DNA of 64,000 nucleotides from Acidobacteriota bacterium (GTDB lineage Bacteria > Acidobacteriota > UBA890 > WLXD01), in the NCBI GenBank assembly GCA_963666055.2, contig CAXWPH010000011.1, positions 1 to 64,000 on the forward strand. Direction: 5' to 3'. Positions 1 through 8,279 of this stretch are shown here, in pieces. Made by a program: the position numbers and the translations under genes. Position 1 is the first letter of the stretch, and the number at the start of each line of letters is the position of its first letter. The notes under the pieces are model-generated. The model did no database searches and was not told the DNA's origin. It saw only the letters and a list, made by a program, of their open reading frames with translations.

Positions 1-997
1 CAGCTAGTAGGGCCTCCTCGAACCAGTCGAGATTGATGTGGTGGTCATCGGCCAGAGCGATCCTCTCCGCAGCCTGCATGAAGCCGGCCGGTTCGCTAGC
101 GACGAGCCCGTTAAACTCAGCGAACGCGCCGTCTGTGACGTTCTGGAGAGTCCCGAAACCGTAGGCAAGAACTCCAACAAGGTCCGAGCGAGCGACTTCA
201 CCGGATTCAATGGTTAAAGCGGCTAACAAGACGTCAGCCACGTCGTCCAGAGAAACGATTGGTTCCAGTAGTGCCGCGAGTTCCTCATCCAAATCGCGGT
301 CTTGCCGCCCCGAAGTCCGCAGTTTGTCTACTACTGCGAGCCCTAATGCAAGTGTCAAGCCGTCATCCCGAAGGGAGTAGCGAGTAGGGTCGCCGGGAAT
401 CTCGTCTGGATCGGAGCCCCAACTCGGACCAGCCGCGGCCACTGTCGCGTCCGCGATGGACATCGCATTCTGGGCTGGTTCTTGGTACAGCCGAAGGAGT
501 CGGTCGAACTTCTCGACCAACTGCTCGAGGGGCGGCTCGTGCACGACCTGGAGGAGGGCGATGGGCCGTGCCATATGCCTAATCTCCTCGGGATCTCTCC
601 CTCGCTCGCTAAGACACTTGATTAGCTTCGCGAGTTCGATTGGCCCCAACGCCCGAAACGCCTTGTCGCTCTCCTGAAGTCGCCCGTGGAGCTCCTGCAT
701 CTCCTCCTTTGATGAGTCCGTCTGAATCGCCGCATAGACGATGAGACTCTCTTTCTGCATGGCGAGGCGGATGGACCATCCGATGAAGCCAAGCACGTTC
801 GCGACCATGAGAATCGCTACGCCCAGCCATCCAAGGGACGCAATCGACCCTACCAGCAGAAGAAGCTCGGCTACCCAGATCGCAGCTTCGGCCCGGACGA
901 AAGGTCGATGCGATTCAGACCGAGCCAAAGCAAAGCGAGCGCGAGCAGTACACTGGCTGCTTCGAGGACGATTTCCATTGACGTCAATCTCGAACAT
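1..997 (-). CDS. hypothetical membrane protein (cassette gene), runs off left edge
   Basis: Absent from the ORF track because it has no stop in the window. Manual translation gives a stop-free frame from ATG 997 to base 1 with a hydrophobic stretch (AIWVAELLLLVGSIASLGWLGVAILMVANVLGFIGW). An alternative start in another frame at 978 (MEIVLEAASVLLALALLWLG) suggests a frameshift near 900. Lies just downstream of attC 1097-1152. Confidence 0.6.
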   Translation of the reverse strand, partial: MFEIDVNGNRPRSSQCTARARFALARSESHRPFVRAEAAIWVAELLLLVGSIASLGWLGVAILMVANVLGFIGWSIRLAMQKESLIVYAAIQTDSSKEEMQELHGRLQESDKAFRALGPIELAKLIKCLSERGRDPEEIRHMARPIALLQVVHEPPLEQLVEKFDRLLRLYQEPAQNAMSIADATVAAAGPSWGSDPDEIPGDPTRYSLRDDGLTLALGLAVVDKLRTSGRQDRDLDEELAALLEPIVSLDDVADVLLAALTIESGEVARSDLVGVLAYGFGTLQNVTDGAFAEFNGLVASEPAGFMQAAERIALADDHHINLDWFEEALLA

Positions 998-1096
998 CAC
1001 GCCGGTGATCGCCAGTCCACCAGCAACGCTTCGATGGCCGATCTGGTTACTGAGGGCGATCACTCGAGGACAGGCTCGAATCGCCGTGCGCAGTAG

Positions 1097-1152
1097 GAGT
1101 AACGGCGCAGAGCTTCAGCTGCGGGTCCGTCAGCTGCTGGCTCCTGTTACGT
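1097..1152 (-). repeat. attC-like integron recombination site (short, 56 bp)
   Basis: Minus strand reads ACGTAAC-aggagccagcagctgacggacccgcagctgaagctctgcgcc-GTTACTC: R''/R' cores with inverted CAGCTG L boxes. The TAA stop of the upstream gene lies in R''. Confidence 0.75.
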
Positions 1153-1581
1153 GCCTATTCCGGTTGGGCATCTGCCGATACGCTCACCGCTGATCGATAG
1201 TTCGCTCGGCTCATTGCTCGACTTCTCGGCATTCTCACCGCGAGCCCAAATTGCCCATGACTGAAACGGAGGCAAGAAGAAGTAGCCTCCGACTGAATCG
1301 CCGACAGCGGTGTATGACCCCTTCGCAACCGCGGCGGCAGTAAGGAGACAAACGAGCGCCGCACGTTCGTCGTGATCTTGATTCGACGCAATCGTGCGAG
1401 CGAGGCCAGCAAAGCCCCCAAGATCGAGGGCGTGCAACAGCGGGCCGAAGAGCCCCTGGTTAAGACACTGATCGTAGAGCCAGTCGAACTTGGCGCCGCG
1501 GCGGAGTCGGGGCTTCTGGTTGGGCCTCCCCCGATTTCCCGGACACCTTTGGAAGCCCGATAATGGGCTCGGAGGTGAAGC

Positions 1582-1875
1582 ATGGGGTCACGACGGCGGT
1601 ACAGTCGCGAGTTCAAGATTGAGGCAGTGAGGATGGTGACGCAGCTGGGCCATCCGGTGTCTGAGGTGGCCCGGGATCTGGGTGTTGGCCGCGGCATGTT
1701 GACCAAGTGGCGCAAACAGCTCCAGGAGCAGGGGGTCACGGCGTTTCCGGGCGCGGGGAAGATGCCCGACCAGGACCTGGACGGGCAACAGCTACGGCGG
1801 GACCTGCGGCGAGTACGGCAGGAGCGCGACATTCTAAAAAAAGCGTTGGCGATCTTCTCGGAACGCCCGCGATGA
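1582..1875 (+). CDS. IS3 transposase OrfA (HTH)
   Basis: RRRYSREFKIEAVRMV..VARDLGV..ERDILKKALAIF; A7 slippery run at ~1836-1842. Confidence 0.93.
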   Translation: MGSRRRYSREFKIEAVRMVTQLGHPVSEVARDLGVGRGMLTKWRKQLQEQGVTAFPGAGKMPDQDLDGQQLRRDLRRVRQERDILKKALAIFSERPR

Positions 1876-2867
1876 AGTACCCGATCATCAAGCAACTGTC
1901 CGGCAAGTTCCCGGTGCGGCGGTTGTGCAAGATGCTCGAGGTGTCTCACGGCGGTTACTACGAGTGGCGAGGACGGGCACCGAGTCCGAGAGCGCGAGAA
2001 GATCGCCGTCTACGTGTGCAGATCAGAGCTGCATTCCGAGAGAGTCGCGACCGTTACGGAAGTCCGCGCATCCACAAGCAACTTCGGCAACGAGGGATCC
2101 GCTGCTCTCGCAAGCGGGTAGCTCGGCTGATGCGCCAGGAAGGACTTCGAGCTCGCCAACCCCGTCGGTTCCGGGTGACAACACGGCCCACACCTGGGCG
2201 GTCAGCGGCGCCCAACGTGCTGGCACGGCGCTTCACGGTGGATGCCGTGGACAGCGTCTGGGTGGGCGACCTGACATACCTGTGGACGCAGGAAGGATGC
2301 CTATACCTGGCCGTGCTGATGGATCTGTGCTCGCGACGGATCATCGGCTGGGCGGTGAGCGAGACGATGACGGACGATTTGACGCTGGCGGTCCTGGATC
2401 AGGCCTTGGAGCAACGCCGTCCCGGTTCCGGAGTGCTCCATCACAGCGACCGCGGCAGCCAGTACAGCAGCGACGATTACCTAGACAAGCTGCGTGACCG
2501 TGGCTTCACCATCAGCATGAGCAGGAAAGGAGACTGCTGGGATAACGCGCCGATGGAAAGTTTCTTCTCTACCCTGAAGTTCGAACTCGGTGGCTGCTTC
2601 AGTTCCCGGGCGGCGGCCCGAGCCGAGTTGTTCCACTACATCGAAGTGTTCTACAACCGGGCTCGCATGCACACCTCGATCGGACACCAGAGTCCGGCTC
2701 AGTTGGAGGCGGCAATGCGGCGGCCAGGCCAGAGCGGCCAATCAGCTGTGGAAGCTGACGCGCCCGTGGAAATCGACTCCCGATTTCCACCGTCGCTTGG
2801 ACAACGCTCCGCGTTGCCAACAGCTCCCACAGCCGCTAATACGACTACGACAATGGATCTTAACTAA
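1872..2867 (+). CDS. IS3 transposase OrfB (DDE integrase core)
   Basis: WVGDLTYL, HHSDRGSQY and DNAPMESFFSTLK motifs; ATGA overlap with the orfA stop. Confidence 0.95.
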   Translation: MKYPIIKQLSGKFPVRRLCKMLEVSHGGYYEWRGRAPSPRAREDRRLRVQIRAAFRESRDRYGSPRIHKQLRQRGIRCSRKRVARLMRQEGLRARQPRRFRVTTRPTPGRSAAPNVLARRFTVDAVDSVWVGDLTYLWTQEGCLYLAVLMDLCSRRIIGWAVSETMTDDLTLAVLDQALEQRRPGSGVLHHSDRGSQYSSDDYLDKLRDRGFTISMSRKGDCWDNAPMESFFSTLKFELGGCFSSRAAARAELFHYIEVFYNRARMHTSIGHQSPAQLEAAMRRPGQSGQSAVEADAPVEIDSRFPPSLGQRSALPTAPTAANTTTTMDLN

Positions 2868-3364
2868 GTGTCCGGGAAAGCGGGGCAAGGTCAGGTCGTA
2901 CGCCTCCTCGGGCAGCATCACCCCTAGGAATGCGTTCGGAAAGGCCTCCACCAGGTTCTTGGGGGCTCGAACGCGTGGGAATCCAACGGCAGTTTCGGAG
3001 TCTTGAGTGACGGCTGCCAGCTGATCCGCAGTCTGACTTCCGGCCTCACGCAGCTGCTGTCCAGTCCCCGGGACATGCGAAAGTCCGGGCTTGCACCGAC
3101 GCTGGAACTTCCCGAGTGTGAAGATTCGTTCGCAACTGCGTGGCTCCAGCGACGCTGCGTCCGGCAGAACCGGAGCGTCGATCGCGGTCACGTCCGCCAT
3201 AGGCTGCTCGAGAAGTACGCCCCGCCTGCATTCCCAGGTCGCGTCGGCACGATCGAGGGCAAGGAGTCCGGCGCGGAAATGTGCCACACCGGAGCTGAGA
3301 TCCCGAGACGAGAAACCAACGTCTACACCAATGAGTTCCAAGTTCGCTGTCCTGAGCGTTGTGC

Positions 3365-3480
3365 GCATAGCGGCGCAGAGCTTCAGCTGCGGGCGCGTCC
3401 AGCATCGTCGGCTTGGCGCGGGCCTTGCTCCGCTAGGACCGTGGCAAGAACGATCCATCAGCTGCTGGCTCACGTTAGAT
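3365..3480 (-). repeat. attC-like site (116 bp)
   Basis: Minus strand ATCTAAC-gtgagccagcagctgatgga...cgcccgcagctgaagctctgcgcc-GCTATGC. Ends nearly identical to attC 1097-1152; the next gene's ATG lies in R'. Confidence 0.8.
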
Positions 3481-3487
3481 GGCTTCC

Positions 3488-4122
3488 TCACCAAGCCTCT
3501 CTGTCTATGAGAACCTCCATCTGATCCGCCAAGTCCTTGGCTCGGTCGGCGATTGCCGTGTATAGGTCGTTTATATTTCGCTCTATGCGCCGCCTGTTCT
3601 CTTCCCCGACGGCCGGATCGAAGGTCATCAAATGATACTTCGCTGCTTCGTCAATCTGCTCATTCATGAACTGCAACTGGGACCGTATGGCCAGCAACTC
3701 CCGCTGGGTCGCAGCTGTGTAGGTGCCGAGGTAGGCAACTGAGAGTCCAGATACGGGAGCGTCACCTGGCGTAAAGATTTCCCGCGCGCCGTATCGGCAC
3801 GCCGCCGGGCACCGATCTGCTCGATGTCGGGGTCTGGGCGCCGCAGAAGGCGACTCAGAGCGTCGTGGATGTTGTCACCCTCTGGGGCCCAAGCGGCTAC
3901 GGTGTTTCGGACCCACTCCACTCGTTGTCGATCGAATGCTCCGGCAACCTTCGAGAGATCGTAGACGAGTGCGGCAAGCCGGTATCGACGATCCTGCAAC
4001 TCGACGCGGATGCCTGTTCGGACATCCCGCTTCGTCTTGGCGGTGGTGACTGCGGAGATGATGGCGTGGCTCCCCAGTCCGAGGATCCAGCCAACCAGAA
4101 CGAAAAGAAGTTCGGACCACAC
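3488..4122 (-). pseudogene. membrane-anchored hypothetical cassette gene, frameshifted near 3700-3730
   Basis: Two overlapping ORFs (3664-4122 and 3488-3697) fill the space between two attC sites; N-terminal TM segment LLFVLVGWILGLG. Confidence 0.65.
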
Positions 4123-4247
4123 AGTTTCTTCCGAGCCCGTCTAGTGGCGGGCAGCCTCCAGTTGCGGGCGCGGCCGGCGAAGCCAGGTTGGCGCGAGCGT
4201 TGCGCACGACGCAGCGCCTCATGACAACAGTATCCGTCGGTAGTGGG

Positions 4248-5125
4248 TCACTTTGAGATTGGATTGCCTTCGCTCCAGACTTCGCCGGTCGCTTCGGCAT
4301 GCTCCAGAAGCCGAACGATGTCGGAGATCTCCCACACGGTGCTCGCCACGCCTGCCTCCATTGCCGGGGTGACGCGCAGCGTTCGATGAATGCGGCAGAA
4401 GTTGTAGTGCATGAAGTGCAAGCTGACCGCGTGGGCCAGGTTCTCGACCTTCTTGCTGAATGCGTTCGTCAACCTGGTGAAGCGACGCATCGACATTCTC
4501 ATCGTCAAATTCGCTCTTTCGACGTAGGACGTGCTGATTAGCGCAGCGTCGGGCGAGCCGACCACGGCCAGCTTCTTGGTGCCGTTGCACTTCGCCGGGC
4601 TGTATCGCTTCTGCGGCTCCGGGTCAGCGCCATAGATCTTATGGAGCTGCGCGTAGTCGATCTCATGCGCGAACGCAGCCTCAACCGCTTCCACGTACAT
4701 TCGGTGACCGTCCGTCGTGAGCTGCACCCGATGCGACAGACGACCCGCTAGATCCTGCATGAAGGCAGTATCCGTAGCGAGATCACGCGGCCCGATGCGC
4801 CACGTCGGAACGATCTTGGTGTCCGCGCAGATCGACGTGAACGTCCACACGTCGCCAAAACCAAAGCGGCCGCGCTTGTCGTCGGGAACGTTCTTGGCCT
4901 TCGAGTAGCAGAAAGCCCCCAGATCTCGTCAGCCTCGATCCGCTTGCAGGGAAGGTCGCGCAGTACGGCGTCTTGGTAGGCAGCGCATACGGTGCCGAGA
5001 TCGACCAGCAGCTTGGTGACGGTGTTCTTGGAAACGCTAGTCATCCGGCAGGTGGCGCGGATCGAATTTCCTTCGACCAACGCGCTGACGATCTGCGTCC
5101 GCTTCTCGGTGCTTAGCTTGTTCAT
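4248..5125 (-). pseudogene. IS1-family DDE transposase, frameshifted at ~4915
   Basis: HTH LVEGNSIRATCRM, DEIW, LTTDG and STSYVERANLTMR..RFTRLTNAFSKK motifs. The frame breaks in TGGGGGCTTTCTGC (expected DEIW.FCY). Confidence 0.88.
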
Positions 5126-5135
5126 GGGAGACATT

Positions 5136-5222
5136 ATGCTTGACCGGTCATGAATAGTCAATGTGCTTGCTTAAGGCAAGCATCTTTTTTATACTTACCT
5201 TGTTGCTTGCAGTAAGCAAGCA
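5136..5222. promoter_or_regulatory. three TGCTTG..CAAGCA-type palindromes in the divergent promoter region
   Basis: ATGCTTGACCGGTCATGAAT (5136-5155), TGCTTGCTTAAGGCAAGCA (5164-5182), TGCTTGCAGTAAGCAAGCA (5204-5222). Confidence 0.65.
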
Positions 5223-5242
5223 CCGGACTAGGAGAACAGAAC

Positions 5243-6244
5243 GTGAAAAAGCAGGAACTGAAGAAACGCGCATCCATGGGTGGCAAGGCGAGAGCGGAGA
5301 AGCTGTCGCCAGAAGAGAGGTCCGAGGTCGCCCGTGCTGCTGCCGAGGCGCGACACGGAACCACGACGCCGAGAGCGCTCTGTGGAGCGCCCGACAAGCC
5401 GCTGAAGATAGGGAGCATCGAGATTGCCTGCTACGTCCTCGAAGACGGCACTCGTGTGCTGTCCCAGCGCAGCCTTCAAACCGGTGTCGGCATGTCCGTT
5501 AGCGGCGGCAAAAGCGGCGAGCAGCGGTTAGTCACTTTTCTGCGGTCCATGAAGTCTAAAGGCTTAGAGGTCAGTGACTTAGTGGCGCGCATCCGGAAGC
5601 CCATTTATTTCGTTCCGCCCGGCGGCGGCCGGTCCGCCTACGGCTACGAGGCGACCGTACTTCCGGACCTATGCACCGCAATCTTGGACGCCCGAGACAA
5701 GGGACTACTCCAGCCGCAGCAAATCCATCTGGCCAAGCAATGTGAGATTCTCATCCGCGGATTTGCTCACGTCGGGATTATCGCGCTAGTTGACGAAGCG
5801 ACCGGCTACCAGGACTTAAGGCAGCGCAATGCTCTGGCCGAGATCTTGGAAGCGTTCATTTCCGACGAACTGCACAAATGGGTTCTCACGTTTCCACCAG
5901 ACTTCTACAAGGAGATGTTTCGCTTGTGGGGGTGGAACTACTACGCAGGCTCTGTGAAACGCCCTGCAGTGGTCGGCAAGCTGACGGACCATCTCGTCTA
6001 CGAGCGACTAGCACCCGGCGTGCTGGAAGAGCTTCGACACCAAACTCCACGGAACGACAAAGGGCACCTCAAGACACATCTCCACCGGAGACTAACTCGC
6101 GAAGTTGGACATCCGCGTCTTCGAGAACACTTAGCCGCGGTCGTCGCCCTCATGAAAGCTTCGCCTGACAAGGAATGGTTCATGCGGGCGATCAACGAGG
6201 CGCTGCCCAAGTACCACGAGACTATGCGCTTACCGCTCGGATAA
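5243..6244 (+). CDS. P63C domain protein with N-terminal basic GGKARA motif
   Basis: CYVLEDGTRVLS, AHVGIIALVDEATGYQ, FPPDFYKEMFRL and LVYERLAPGVLEEL are typical of phage P63C proteins. Confidence 0.88.
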   Translation: MKKQELKKRASMGGKARAEKLSPEERSEVARAAAEARHGTTTPRALCGAPDKPLKIGSIEIACYVLEDGTRVLSQRSLQTGVGMSVSGGKSGEQRLVTFLRSMKSKGLEVSDLVARIRKPIYFVPPGGGRSAYGYEATVLPDLCTAILDARDKGLLQPQQIHLAKQCEILIRGFAHVGIIALVDEATGYQDLRQRNALAEILEAFISDELHKWVLTFPPDFYKEMFRLWGWNYYAGSVKRPAVVGKLTDHLVYERLAPGVLEELRHQTPRNDKGHLKTHLHRRLTREVGHPRLREHLAAVVALMKASPDKEWFMRAINEALPKYHETMRLPLG

Positions 6245-6246
6245 CC

Positions 6247-6504
6247 TCAGTCATCGGCTTGACGCTTCCAACGCGCCTCAGCCGCCTTCTTGGCGATCTC
6301 GCTGCGACGCGCCTTCGTCAGTTTCTTCGCCCGCGCTGGGCCACCCTTGAGCCCGCCGAGTCGCCCAAGAAGCTTTGCGGCTTCGCTGCGTAGAGCATCA
6401 TCATCCTGCTGATGATCATCATCGGGTTCGTCCTCCGTAGCCTGCGCTACGATCTGCGCGGCGAGGACGTTGGGGTCAGCGTTGTTGCTTGAGCGTTTAG
6501 GCAT
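6247..6504 (-). CDS. small basic protein (GGLKGGPARAKKL..RRSEIAKKAAEARW)
   Basis: 85-aa ORF, GGAG RBS upstream, convergent with P63C; lies inside the IS. Confidence 0.8.
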   Translation of the reverse strand: MPKRSSNNADPNVLAAQIVAQATEDEPDDDHQQDDDALRSEAAKLLGRLGGLKGGPARAKKLTKARRSEIAKKAAEARWKRQADD

Positions 6505-6609
6505 GACTCCATTGTCGCGAACGCACGTCCTGTTCGCAAGGTGTGGTCAACCGCCGCCAGATTCAAACTGACCCACCACCTATCCGTCAGCTGCTGCTCG
6601 ATTGCAGTG

Positions 6610-6974
6610 GGGCCGATCATCGGAATGAGTTCCCCTCCCTCTGCTCTCGAAAACGTCACACAGCGGCGGGCCTACTCAGGCAAGCCCGCGTTGCCCCGCT
6701 GCGCTATCGCCCGATGGTTGAGGCGCGGTATTCGTCGTGGTCGGTGTCGATCAGGAGGGCAGCGACTTCGGATACAACGAGGCGAGCCCCCATTTGGTCG
6801 GCACAGCCCTGTGCGCTGGAGACGTACCGGAGATCCTTCGACATAAGACGAAGCGAACTTGTGGCGGGGGCAAGAGAGCTGGCTGCCGATACGGTGCGTG
6901 ATCTCTTCTCTCGGTTCCACTTCGAGCCTGGTGAGCAGCCCGTCAGAGAGTGGCAGGCTGAGTTGAGGCCTTAA
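6610..6974 (+). pseudogene. C-terminal remnant of an unknown gene
   Basis: Protein-like tail (ELVAGARELAADTVRDLFSRFHFEP..WQAEL) without a credible start. Confidence 0.35.
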
Positions 6975-7160
6975 CCGCGCTTCGCTAAGGTCCGCTATGG
7001 AATCTGGGGTTGAAGACGGCTCGGGTGGGGAGGCTTCCGGAGCCCACGATTCCCGAGAGGATCCGAATTGCGGCATACACGTGGCATTTCGGCCAGACGC
7101 AGAAAGCCCCGGTGACCAGCACTGGGATGTAAGTTGCTGAGCCACCGGGACTTACGCCAG

Positions 7161-7210
7161 TAGCGGGGGCAGGATTTGAACCTGCGACCTTCGGGTTATG
7201 AGCCCGACGA
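7161..7210 (-). tRNA. 3' fragment of tRNA-fMet(CAT), probable att site
   Basis: TCGTCGGGCTCATAACCCGAAGGTCGCAGGTTCAAATCCTGCCCCCGCTA: GGG/CCC anticodon stem and T arm present; D arm and 5' acceptor strand absent. Confidence 0.88.
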
Positions 7211-7324
7211 AACCCCTTCGCAAGTGCAAGCTGCGTACCTTCCGTCAGCGCACCTACGTCAACTACGATCGTCATGACCTGATGCGATCCGAGCCGCGCA
7301 CTTGATTAGCAGGCACATGATGCT

Positions 7325-8242
7325 TTGAGCGAGAAACTCTCGCGGAGTCTTACGTTCATCGGGCTCCTGGGCTTCGGCTTCAACATCATGATCGGCTCCG
7401 GCATGTTCTTCTTGCCGGGCAGGGCCATGGCCATCATGGGGCCGGCCTCGATACTCGCTGTAATGGCGGCGCTCGCCATCGCGGCGCTGCTGGTGTTCTG
7501 TTTCGCCGAGCTCAGCAACCAGTTCACCCAGACCGGTGGGCCGATTCTGTACACCCACGCGACGCTGGGGCCGGCAGCCGCGTTTGGCGTGGGTTGGCTG
7601 GGCTACCTATCCCGAGTCTCTTCGAACGCGGCGCTCGTGGTGATCTTTGCAACGTCCGCGGTGACGGCGTTCCCAACGCTCAGCGGCCAGGAATCCGTCC
7701 TCATCGCGGCACTTTCTGACAGCCCCGTCGCCGACGCGGCCCTGTCGATCATGGGCCCGGCTGGCCATCTCATCGGCGTAGGCATCCTGCTATCGGTCAT
7801 CGGGGTCAATCTGAGCTGCGCTCTGGCAACACCGCGCTACCTGTATGCGATGTCCCTGGAGGGGTCCTTGCCGCGGGTGTTCGCGCGGGTATCGTTCGGC
7901 GGGCAAGTACCCTATGTTGCTGTGCTCTTGAGTAGCGGCCTGACGTACGTTCTGACGATCGGTAACAGCTACGTAGCTCTGGCCGTGCTCTCGGTCATCG
8001 CCCGGATCGTGCAGTACATGGCGAGCTGCATTGCGTTGCTGATCCTTCGACACCGCCAGGAGCCCGGGGAGATTCGATTCCGTGCGCCGGCGGGCCGTCT
8101 CCTGGCCGCCGCCGCACTGCTCGTTTGTGTTTGGCTTCTCTTGTCTGCTACCAGAAGCCAACTGCTGTGGACAGCTGTCGCATTGCTCGCCGGCTACGTC
8201 CTCTACTACGCCAACAAGGCGCTGGCGCCAGCGCACCCGTGA
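7325..8242 (+). pseudogene. APC-family amino acid permease with in-frame internal deletion
   Basis: IGSGMFFLPG, GGPILY and PRYLYAMSLEGSLP motifs, but only 305 aa; central helices missing at SVLIAAL/SDSPVADAA. Confidence 0.7.
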
Positions 8243-8279
8243 GGGCCCCCCCGAAAACAGGCGCATTTCGGGTGTCACG

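Larger units (their letters stand above)
1521..2893 (+). mobile_element. IS3-family insertion sequence, complete
   Basis: TG...CA ends; 26-bp imperfect IRs TGGGCCTCCCCCGATTTCCCGGACAC / GTGTCCGGGAAAGCGGGGCAAGGTCA; GGT direct repeat at 1518-1520 and 2894-2896; orfA/orfB. Confidence 0.95.
1147..3368 (-). pseudogene. DUF429-like (predicted RNase H-fold nuclease) cassette gene interrupted by IS3
   Basis: N-half LIGVDVGFS..AIDAP..VEAFPNAFLG (3368-2894) and C-half HDERAALVCLLTA..GGYFFLPP (1520-1147) rejoin in frame (EAYDQKPRLRRGAKFDWLY) when the IS and one GGT are removed. Confidence 0.8.
4239..6580 (-). mobile_element. IS1-family element with passenger genes
   Basis: IRs GGTAGTGGGTCACTTTGA (4239-4256) and TCAAACTGACCCACCACC (6563-6580); 8-bp TSD TATCCGTC at 4231-4238 and 6581-6588. 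Confidence 0.92.
4139..6610 (-). repeat. degenerate attC-like site split by the IS1-family element (halves 4139-4238 and 6581-~6610)
   Basis: Removing the IS gives gagcagcagctgacggata...cgcccgcaactggaggctgcccgcc-ACTAGAC, matching the other two sites; the R'' core is degenerate. Confidence 0.6.

Noticed and set aside
2742-3494. 250-aa ORF as an intact gene
   Set aside because: Its start lies in the attC region and its end reads into the IS3 right end; it is the N-half of the split DUF429 gene.
4900-4925. Programmed InsA/InsB-type frameshift in the IS1 transposase
   Set aside because: No A6C-type slippery site, and the break lies right after the first catalytic DE motif in a G/T homopolymer; mutation or sequencing error is more likely.
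6985-7275. 96-aa ORF over the tRNA fragment
   Set aside because: Translation of tRNA sequence (AHNPKVAGSNPAPAT).
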